Below are positions 10,143 to 18,450 of a stretch of 64,000 nucleotides of DNA, one piece after another. Made by a program: the position numbers and the translations under genes. Positions within the stretch are counted from its first letter, which is position 1, and the number at the start of each line of letters is the position of its first letter. Under the pieces are notes generated by a model. That model was not told the origin of the DNA and searched no databases. It saw nothing but the letters and a program-made list of their open reading frames with translations. Source of the DNA: a bacterium (GTDB taxonomy: Bacteria > Electryoneota > Electryoneia > Electryoneales > Electryoneaceae); NCBI GenBank assembly GCA_963669175.1, contig OY769902.1, positions 2,080,001-2,144,000 on the forward strand. The letters run 5' to 3'.

Positions 10143-10308
10143 AAAAGGTAAAAAAGGTAAAGAAGATAAAGAAGGTATAGAAGGTATAGAAGGTATAGAA
10201 GCTGATATCCTTCATACATTGTTTACCTCATTCTTGTTGATTGGATTATACCCGACTGCCTGGCAGTCGGGTTTCTTCTTTCGGTCATCCCTATTCTGTC
10301 ATCCCCGG
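9903..10308 (+). repeat. Direct repeat copy 1 (CTD coding sequence + 9-mer repeat + terminator + REP start)
   Basis: Matches 13605-13987 by inspection (offset 3702 in the coding part); differs in the A-rich 9-mer stretch after the stop. Confidence 0.9.
10250..10282 (+). terminator. Intrinsic terminator (also duplicated near 13927-13959)
   Basis: ACCCGACTGCC-T-GGCAGTCGGGT followed by TTCTTCTTT. Confidence 0.7.
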
Positions 10309-11394
10309 CCTCCAACGGGGATCGCATGGATGAACGTGAACCGAACGCATGTCATCCCCGGCTCGAACGGGGATCGCATGGATGAACGTGAACCGAACGC
10401 ATGTCATCCCCGGCCCCGAACGGGGATCTCGAGGGTTACAGTGATCAATCTGGTTGTTTGTTTTACTACTGAAGGACTGGTTCTCTCTACTCAATTATAA
10501 TAGACCACCGCCGGACAGCCGCCTTCGCTTCGCTACAGACCGCTTCAAGCCGGCGGGGCCAAGTAAAACTCTTTCTCACTCATGTCATCCCCGTTCTATC
10601 ACCGCATCTATGTCATCCCCGGCTCGAACGGGGATCTCGAGGGTTACCATGTGTATCCTGGTCGTTAGTTTACCTACTGAAGGACAGATTCTCTCTACCC
10701 AATTATAATAGACCACCGCCGGACAGCCGCCTTCGCTTCGCTACAGACCGCTTCAAGCCGGCGGGGCCAAGTAAAACTCTTTCTCACTCATGTCATCCCC
10801 GTTCTATCACCGCATCTATGTCATCCCCGGCTCGAACGGGGATCTCGCGGATTACAGTGATCAATCTAGTTGTTTGTTTTACTACTGAAGGACTGATTCT
10901 TTTTAGTCAATTATAATAGACCACCGCCGGACAGCCGCCTTCGCTTCGCTACGGCCTGCTTCAAGCCGGCGGGGCCAAGTAAAACTCTTTCTCACTCATG
11001 TCATCCCCGTTCTATCACCGCATCTATGTCATCCCCGGCTCGAACGGGGATCTCGCGGATTACAGTGATCAATCTAGTTGTTTGTTTTACTACTGAAGGA
11101 CTGATTCTTTTTAGTCAATTATAATAGACCACCGCCGGACAGCCGCCTTCGCTTCGCTACGGCCTGCTTCAAGCCGGCGGGGCCAAGTAAAACTCTTTCT
11201 CACTCATGTCATCCCCGTTCTATCACCGCATCTATGTCATCCCCGGCTCGAACGGGGATCTCGAGGGTTACCATGTGTATCCTGGTCGTTAGTTTACCTA
11301 CTGAAGGACAGATTCTCTCTACCCAATTATAATAGACCACCGCCGGACAGCCGCCTTCGCTTCGCTACAGACCGCTTCAAGCCGGCGGGGCCAA
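10297..11394. repeat. BIME/REP-like tandem array: two ~52-bp units, then five 208-bp units
   Basis: AATTATAATAGACCACCGCCGG recurs at 10493, 10701, 10909, 11117 and 11325; each unit carries the palindrome TGTCATCCCCGGCTCGAACGGGGATCTC (minor loop variants). Confidence 0.92.
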
Positions 11395-11480
11395 TTGTGC
11401 AAACTCACCTTCTGGGAAACAAAGTATACATTTAAACACATGTACTATTGATTTCAGTTTATCCTGTTCCTACGTTAATC

Positions 11481-13844
11481 ATGGCCACCAGAAACAAACC
11501 TTTTGTACCAGCATTCCCGCCTGAAGAATACTCTGTCCAGCAACCTGTTGGAAGGTTTCGTATGGCGAACGCTATTCTGAAGACACGATTCAATACCTCT
11601 TTCCTCGTTTCGATTTGTATCACCGTTGTTGTCTCCGTGCTGCCGTGGTCGGTTCGAGCAGACCTGCGATATCTGGGCCCGGAAAACGCGAATGTGACCG
11701 AGATTGCTTGCAGTCCTGTAGATTCCAATCTTGTTTTTCTCGGCACAAAATATGGTGGGATATACCGCAGCCTGGATGCCGGGCAAACCTGGGAATCAAT
11801 GAATGAAACGTATCCCGCACGTTTTGACAGCACCACCGAATGGGATGATGCCTGGGGAGGAGTTTTTATTCCAATCACCGTAATCAGGACGCATCCCTCG
11901 GATGCGTCGATTGTCTATGTCGGTGGTGGGGATGATGGCAACAGTTTCCTTGCAATGAGCGCCGATACCGGACGGACCTGGCAGACCATTGGCGAAGAGA
12001 TCCCGCCCTGCGAATGTATTACTGACCTTTGGATTCATCCCGAACATCCGGACACCATGTTCACCTGTACACAGTATCCCGGTGGGCTATTCAAGAGTAT
12101 CAACGGTGGCATGGACTGGCAACTGGATACAACAATGGTTCATAATGACCATTACATCTTCGAATGTATAAGCAGCAATGAAACAGAACCGGATGTGCTT
12201 TATGTGGGATTCGGAAGTGATGGTTGTGTACCGTATCCACATTGGGGCGTTTTTAGAACATTGGACTGTGGACAATCCTGGGAACTGGTTCAGGATTTTT
12301 ATGATACTTCGCATCGTGTTAGAAATGTTATTGTTGATCGAAATGATAGCCACCATGCATGGATCGTTTATTGGGGATTTGAATATTATGGAATACCTTT
12401 GGAAACCTTTGATGCAGGATCAACATGGGCATACGGGCAGTGGGGAATAGGTCAAATCAACAATGCATATATTAACTCTTTTAACCGCATCACACTCTAT
12501 TCGGAAGAAGGTCTGCTAATCAGTGACGATCTTGGAGAAAATTGGACTGGGATAGGAACCGACCTGCCGTGGGTTTTTGGACAATCTGCTCTTTGTACCA
12601 GCTGGCATAACCCGCAGCGATTGTATAGCGGTTCATACTTGGGACCGTTTATCAGCGTCGATGGAGGTGTATCAAGCGTCAGGTCTGTATCGGGACTGGA
12701 AAACGCTCGTATCAGCAGTGTGTCGCGTAGCGAGAGTGCGATAACCGTCGCCGGCGGCCAAAGCGGAATCTGGATTTCGCGAGCGGATTCTGCCTGGACG
12801 CATTGTTATACCAATGATATGATCAATCGTGTGCTGGTCGATAGTCAAAATCCGGATTTCATTTACGCGGCGACAAATTACAGTTTCCTGGTAAGCCAGG
12901 ATAGGGGAATGACATGGAATGCAAGCACCATTAATGGGCTAATCGGAATGACTTTCCTGTACGAATTGCCAATAGGAAATGACTCTACGGTTTTATTATG
13001 TGGTGGCGCACATAATGGAGGATACCTGGCAAGAAGTACGAATAACGGCTTCTCATGGTCTATGGTTAATGTCGGGGTGATAGGCCTGCCTACTCACATC
13101 GTCTCCGATCCAAACCATGAGGACCTGATTTATCTATCGCATCATGGCATTTCAAGGAGCTATGATAACGGAGAAACATGGGAGAGGTGTCGGGCATCCA
13201 CTCGGGTGTATGGTATGGATATCGACAGGAATAGCAAGCTCTACTTCTCCACAATACAAGGTTTGTTTTATACTCGTAACGAGGGACACAACTTCTACAA
13301 TGTTCCGATAGACCCAACCCTGCCAATCGAGCGCATCCTGGATATCGAGATTGTCGGTAGCGAAGAGGAGGATCTGATCTATATAGCAACGAATGACGGT
13401 ATCTATTACAGCGAAGATCGTTGTGCGTCATGGATCTATGTTGAGGGGACCCGTGAAATTAAACCCAACTCAATAGAATGGGACAGACAAAATGGTTGTT
13501 TCCTGATCGCTTCCAATAATCACGGTGTATGGGAGTTGGACCTGCGTACCAACCATGTGAATATTGACAGGAAACCAGCTTTACCAACGGCCAGCCTTGT
13601 CGGTTATCCCAATCCGTTCAACTCGTCACTTCATGTGCAAATGGCACTGCCTAACGCGGGATATGTGCATGCGGTGGTGTATGATATCACCGGCAGGCAG
13701 GTTGCGACGCTGGCCGATGGCGTGTTTGCAGCAGGATATCGTGAACTGAGCTGGAATGCGAATGGGCTGGCGTCGGGTGTGTATATCGTGCGGATGGAAG
13801 CACAAGGCGAAACATGCATGATGAAGGTTATGCTTATTAAGTAA
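11481..13844 (+). CDS. Secreted BNR/Asp-box beta-propeller protein (VPS10/YCF48-like) with T9SS-type CTD; start uncertain (11481 or 11562)
   Basis: Repeated S.D.G.TW Asp-boxes; hydrophobic signal ending in SVRA; CTD identical to that of 8064-10142. Confidence 0.8.
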   Translation: MATRNKPFVPAFPPEEYSVQQPVGRFRMANAILKTRFNTSFLVSICITVVVSVLPWSVRADLRYLGPENANVTEIACSPVDSNLVFLGTKYGGIYRSLDAGQTWESMNETYPARFDSTTEWDDAWGGVFIPITVIRTHPSDASIVYVGGGDDGNSFLAMSADTGRTWQTIGEEIPPCECITDLWIHPEHPDTMFTCTQYPGGLFKSINGGMDWQLDTTMVHNDHYIFECISSNETEPDVLYVGFGSDGCVPYPHWGVFRTLDCGQSWELVQDFYDTSHRVRNVIVDRNDSHHAWIVYWGFEYYGIPLETFDAGSTWAYGQWGIGQINNAYINSFNRITLYSEEGLLISDDLGENWTGIGTDLPWVFGQSALCTSWHNPQRLYSGSYLGPFISVDGGVSSVRSVSGLENARISSVSRSESAITVAGGQSGIWISRADSAWTHCYTNDMINRVLVDSQNPDFIYAATNYSFLVSQDRGMTWNASTINGLIGMTFLYELPIGNDSTVLLCGGAHNGGYLARSTNNGFSWSMVNVGVIGLPTHIVSDPNHEDLIYLSHHGISRSYDNGETWERCRASTRVYGMDIDRNSKLYFSTIQGLFYTRNEGHNFYNVPIDPTLPIERILDIEIVGSEEEDLIYIATNDGIYYSEDRCASWIYVEGTREIKPNSIEWDRQNGCFLIASNNHGVWELDLRTNHVNIDRKPALPTASLVGYPNPFNSSLHVQMALPNAGYVHAVVYDITGRQVATLADGVFAAGYRELSWNANGLASGVYIVRMEAQGETCMMKVMLIK

Positions 13845-13987
13845 AAAAAGGTAAAAAAAGGTAAAGAAGGTAAAGAAGCTGATATCCTTCATACATTGTT
13901 TACCTCATTCTTGTTGATTGGATTATACCCGACTGCCTGGCAGTCGGGTTTCTTCTTTCGGTCATCCCTATTCTGTCATCCCCGGCT
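13605..13987 (+). repeat. Direct repeat copy 2 (CTD + terminator + REP start)
   Basis: Matches 9903-10308. Confidence 0.9.
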
Positions 13988-14185
13988 CGAACGGGGATCT
14001 CGAGGGTTACCATGTGTATCCTGGTCGTTAGTTTACCTACTGAAGGACAAATTCTTTTTACTCAATTATAATAGACCACCGCCGGACAGCCGCCTTCGCT
14101 TCGCTACAGACCGCTTCAAGCCGGCGGGGCCAAGTAAAACTCTATCTCACGCATGTCATCCCCGGCCCCGAACGGGGATCGCGAG
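13974..14185. repeat. Sixth copy of the 208-bp-type REP unit
   Basis: TGTCATCCCCGGCTCGAACGGGGATCTC-spacer-AATTATAATAGACCACCGCCGG...CCGGCGGGGCCAA-TGTCATCCCCGG. Confidence 0.85.
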
Positions 14186-14252
14186 ATTCGTGAAAGCAGG
14201 TTTCAGCGCTATTACATATTCCAAATACTTTTCCCGATACTTATACCAAAAA

Positions 14253-14284
14253 CATCCCCCGGAAACACTGGTTTCCGGGGGATG
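14253..14284. terminator. Hairpin terminator between convergent genes
   Basis: CATCCCCCGGAAAC-ACTG-GTTTCCGGGGGATG. Confidence 0.65.
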
Positions 14285-14311
14285 ATAGTGTGTAGCGGGT
14301 AGCTACAATAT

Positions 14312-14360
14312 AGCGTGCAAAATCAACCAAGCATGCAAAATCAACCAAGCATGCAAAACC
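14312..14360. repeat. 18-bp tandem repeat (~2.7 copies)
   Basis: AGC(G/A)TGCAAAATCAACCA repeated. Confidence 0.7.
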
Positions 14361-14363
14361 AAT

Positions 14364-17300
14364 CTAGCGTACCAAAGTCACCTTGTGTACGGCGTTCATC
14401 TTGCCGGGTACATACGCCTGGATGAAGTACAGGCCGCTGGACAGGTTGGTCGCGTTAAAGGTGAAGGAGTGATATCCCTGCGCAAAGCGTCCCTGTGCCA
14501 GCACACTGACCTGCTCACCGAGGATGTTGAATACACGCACGTCCAGGTCAGCCGCGTTGGGCAGGCCGACAACCGCAGTCATGGTCGGGTTGAATGGATT
14601 CGGATAGGCACGTGCGATACTGTATTCCGTGGGAACCTGTGAGAAGAGGTTCTCTTCAACGCCGACACCGTCCCATTCCACAGATGCGGTGTCAGAATTG
14701 GCGGACATACCCTCATCAAACGAGGCAACCACCCAATATTCGAAGGTTCCGGCTGCGATGCCAGTCAGGTCATCGGTGTATACTAGATTTTCCGTTTCCG
14801 TGAGGACTTCGCCATTACGGTAGAGGATGAATTCGATGAACTCGTCGGTTTCAGCGTCTGCGAAGGCCCAGGAAAGCTCGACCATCGGGCTGCCATTTTC
14901 ACGAGTAGCTGCCATTTCAGTTGGCGTTTCCAGAATGGGAGCATGGAAGTCTTCCGCCAGGGATGGGATAATCTGGACAGCATCACGGTACAGACTGATG
15001 GGGCCATAGAATACGATCCAGTCTTCCGCGGCAAAACCACTCAGATCCAGCCCGGCATCCTCGTTGATGTAAACCGTAACCGCTCCGGAACCGTCATCAA
15101 TGGACAAAGTGTAACTTTCCGTTCCCGGATCACCCTGCAATTCACCCATCACCATCGTCCAGGCGCCTTCCATTGCGGAAAGTGCTGCGATTTCAGCTGT
15201 TGTGCCGGTAATGGGCGCGGGAAGGTTGTTGCCTGAACTGAGCATCTCGACGGTGAAGTTCACGATTTCCGTTATGCCGTTGTACTCGGCAACCTGCCCG
15301 GTTACCTGAACTTCATCGCCACGGACCAGGTTGTTTTCCGGGTTCAGCGGTTCGGAATCATACAGCATGACACCGTAGCCGGACGCATCCTGGATGTAAC
15401 AGTCGAAACGGTCCGTGTGAATGGAGTTGGTCTGCAACGTGACAATACCGGTAATGGTTACCCAGGTATCAGTCTCAACCGTAGTCTGGACATTTTCGAT
15501 GGTATAGGTGCCAATTGGTGCAAGGGCAAATTCATAGGTTTCAGGGACATTTGCTTGGAATGTGATGTCGTTCAAGGCGTGAGGAACGTAGCCTTCAAGA
15601 GTGGCTGTCAGGTCGTATGTGCCGGGGAGAAAGTCCCTGAAGTAGTATGTTCCTGCTGCATCAGTTGTTGTGGTCAACGCATCGCCTTCATTCGGGGTCA
15701 AGGTTACAGTCACCCCTTCGAGCGGATCGGAATTTGTCGCAGTGACAGTACCTCTAAGGTTGGCAATATTCGGAACAAGAGTGATCTCTTGCGCTACAAC
15801 ATCACCAGCCGCCAAAGTGAAGTTCTCAACGGTTCCGGTAACGTACCCATCAAGTATTGCTTCCAGGTTATATGAGCTGGGCGCAAGCATTGCGAATTCG
15901 AAGTTGCCGGACGCATCCGTTGTCGTGTTTAACGCATCGCCTGTTTCCGGAGTCAAGATCAGTGAAACTCCCTCGAGCGGATTGTCATCCGGATCAGTAA
16001 CAGTACCGCTGAGGTTAGCGACACTCGGTGAAAGGGTGATGTTCTGGACAGCAAAATCGTTTGCTTCAAAAGAAAGGTCTTCTACTGTATTGGCGAAGTA
16101 CCCCTCAAGCGTGGCTTCCAGATCGTACGTGCCGGGTTCAAGTTCTGCAAATACGTAGTGCCCGGATGCGTCGGAAGTCGCTGTGATGGCATCACCTTCA
16201 TCAGGCGTTAATGTCAGGGTAGCGCCCTCGAGCGGATTGGAATTCGCATCTGTGACCGTACCTCGCAGGTTGGCTGTGGTCCGGTCCAGGTAAACACGTG
16301 CCGAGACCTGGCCTCTGCCAATGGGGTTGTTGTCATCAGGCCCGTAATAGAACTGAACACCCACGGTACCATTTTCATCCTCGAATCCGATAGAGACGTT
16401 CATGTCTTCATCTTCATCTGCGGCAATCGTGTTGTAGTTGGCTGTTACATCCAATGTGGTGAAGTCGAAGATGGCCTGGAACGTATTTGCGGCGTTCAAC
16501 TGATCATAGTAGACTACTTCATCCCATGTGACAACGAGATCGCCATCCACCACTTCAGCATAGATTGTGCCGCCATCGCTGGGATCCAGGTCCGTACCCA
16601 GCACCGAAATGTTCGCGTTCGGTTCTGTCGGGTAGGGCATCACGAAAGCATAGGGGGTTCCATCTATGTCGCCATCGGTGAAACAGAACCGTCCATTGGA
16701 AATCACATAAACAGAACTGTATTCTGTACCGTACCAGGTGAAGTTGCCCAGACCATAGTCGGCAAATGTCAGCAATTCGGAATCGTCATCATCGATGTTC
16801 AGTGCAGTCGCATTTTCAGACACTTCCTGCCAACTGTAGTCAACCTGTTCAAAGTAAATGCGTTTGTCATCCGGCCATGCTTCAAGCCCGAGATTCTGAG
16901 TGTTTTCACCTACAGAAAGCTCGATCTCTTCCGTGATCAAAAGGGTGTATTCAAAACGATTAACCTCAATCGTTCCAGATATGCCGGAATAGAGATCACG
17001 GAAACTGAAGTTGCCATCCCTGTCTGTGGTTGTCGTCATACCCTGGAATGTAACTGTAGCCCCTTCCAATGCGGCGCCGGTATGATCATCTGTAATCGTG
17101 CCGGAAAGAGAAGCATCCGGAACCGGCGGATCGATTTGGATCGCCAGTTCAGGGAAGGGATAGTTCGGTACGTCGTTTTGGAAAAGAATGGACAAGCCGC
17201 AAGATCTGTCTGAATTCTGGGTGCCGATAGAAGCGAGTGTAATATCCATATGGTTTTCAAAGGCGGCGTACTGCAGCAGAATCGTGCCATCCTCGAATAG

Positions 17301-17930
17301 GATTATCTGCACAGTGAAATAGCCATCCGTTTCGTACTCACAAAAGTCGATAGCGCTGATCACCAGGGCTGTCTGCTCGTTGATCGTGGTGGTCTCATAA
17401 TAGAACGTACCGCCATCGCTCGCATTCAGATCGTCCCAGAAATAGGAGATCATCGCGCCGCCGTATGCAGATGGCATTTGATAACCGGTTGCGCCAGGTG
17501 CAATACCGTCAAAGCTGATGTTACCATTTGGTTGGAACCAGAACTCATCGAATATGTCACCGTAATACGGGAAATTAAAGCCGATATCAAACGGCCCTTG
17601 CTGACCCTCATCGGTTACACCTGTGATCTGTGTACCGGTCTCACTGATATCGATCCAGTTGTAGGTCGGTCCACCTTCTTCCTGGCTGTCGATATAAGTG
17701 TAGCCACCGTCATCCGGACCGCCCTGTTCATCGAGTTCGTTCGATGCGGCTTCCGGCAGCATGTACAGCCGGTGGAATTCTGTTGCGAGTTGTTTTTCCT
17801 GCTGGGAGAGTGTTACACCATTAAACTGTTTGTGGTAGGCGGCTTTCATGTCCTCGTAACTTGCGCTATAGGCGAAGGATACCAAGATGAAAGCGGCGAA
17901 CAGAGAAATCCTCACTGCTCTTTGCATCAT
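14364..17930 (-). CDS. Large secreted multidomain protein (nidogen-like domains, CarboxypepD_reg/Cna-B repeats, OB-fold-like domains, T9SS-type CTD)
   Basis: Signal peptide from MMQRAVR (GAGGAG RBS); GGPD.GY motif; three ANL.GTVT...PLEG...LTP..GDA repeats; AYPNPFNP...KVTLVR. Confidence 0.8.
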   Translation of the reverse strand: MMQRAVRISLFAAFILVSFAYSASYEDMKAAYHKQFNGVTLSQQEKQLATEFHRLYMLPEAASNELDEQGGPDDGGYTYIDSQEEGGPTYNWIDISETGTQITGVTDEGQQGPFDIGFNFPYYGDIFDEFWFQPNGNISFDGIAPGATGYQMPSAYGGAMISYFWDDLNASDGGTFYYETTTINEQTALVISAIDFCEYETDGYFTVQIILFEDGTILLQYAAFENHMDITLASIGTQNSDRSCGLSILFQNDVPNYPFPELAIQIDPPVPDASLSGTITDDHTGAALEGATVTFQGMTTTTDRDGNFSFRDLYSGISGTIEVNRFEYTLLITEEIELSVGENTQNLGLEAWPDDKRIYFEQVDYSWQEVSENATALNIDDDDSELLTFADYGLGNFTWYGTEYSSVYVISNGRFCFTDGDIDGTPYAFVMPYPTEPNANISVLGTDLDPSDGGTIYAEVVDGDLVVTWDEVVYYDQLNAANTFQAIFDFTTLDVTANYNTIAADEDEDMNVSIGFEDENGTVGVQFYYGPDDNNPIGRGQVSARVYLDRTTANLRGTVTDANSNPLEGATLTLTPDEGDAITATSDASGHYVFAELEPGTYDLEATLEGYFANTVEDLSFEANDFAVQNITLSPSVANLSGTVTDPDDNPLEGVSLILTPETGDALNTTTDASGNFEFAMLAPSSYNLEAILDGYVTGTVENFTLAAGDVVAQEITLVPNIANLRGTVTATNSDPLEGVTVTLTPNEGDALTTTTDAAGTYYFRDFLPGTYDLTATLEGYVPHALNDITFQANVPETYEFALAPIGTYTIENVQTTVETDTWVTITGIVTLQTNSIHTDRFDCYIQDASGYGVMLYDSEPLNPENNLVRGDEVQVTGQVAEYNGITEIVNFTVEMLSSGNNLPAPITGTTAEIAALSAMEGAWTMVMGELQGDPGTESYTLSIDDGSGAVTVYINEDAGLDLSGFAAEDWIVFYGPISLYRDAVQIIPSLAEDFHAPILETPTEMAATRENGSPMVELSWAFADAETDEFIEFILYRNGEVLTETENLVYTDDLTGIAAGTFEYWVVASFDEGMSANSDTASVEWDGVGVEENLFSQVPTEYSIARAYPNPFNPTMTAVVGLPNAADLDVRVFNILGEQVSVLAQGRFAQGYHSFTFNATNLSSGLYFIQAYVPGKMNAVHKVTLVR

Positions 17931-18450
17931 GTGCTGCTCCTCTCGTCGTGACAACCGTTCTGTGCACACATAAGTATGTATGCGTTCAAATCAAAGAAAA
18001 CCGTGCTTACTATCCTGCTTCGAAATGCGGCAGTAGTCTCCTTTCCCTGTTTGGGTGTGCGACGACAGAATGTTGCGATATAGTCGCAGGATATAGCATA
18101 TCACCAAATCGCAACAAGCTCCTGGTCAAGAGAGTTGAACTACTCTGAACAATCCTTGAAATACTGGCAGGATCAGTAATTCGGCAGATCCGATAACTTC
18201 TGTTTGTCGAATTAAGATGTCAGAGTGATATATAAACTACCATAGCAGTACTTGGTAGTCAATTTTAAAGGTACATAAATAATCTTTTTTCAATGTGTAT
18301 CGTATCCCAGGAGATTGTTAAGCCAACACTGGGAAGAGTTGCATATCTTCCTTCTGATAGCTATGTTACAAATGGCCACCAGCAAGAATCATTGTAAGCA
18401 TCCCCGCCAGAAGGGCTCTGTTCTCTATCTACCTGCTCACAGGCGCTGCG

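Noticed and set aside
9929-10708. Short ORFs over the repeat region (e.g. LLYLLYLLY, CHPR-containing)
   Set aside because: Translations of 9-mer and REP repeats with no RBS or family motifs
10297-11394. CRISPR array
   Set aside because: The 208-bp period, ~145-bp constant part and mutually homologous or duplicated spacers do not fit; no cas genes
9903-13987. Diversity-generating retroelement TR/VR pair
   Set aside because: The copies show no adenine-specific mismatches and there is no reverse transcriptase in the window
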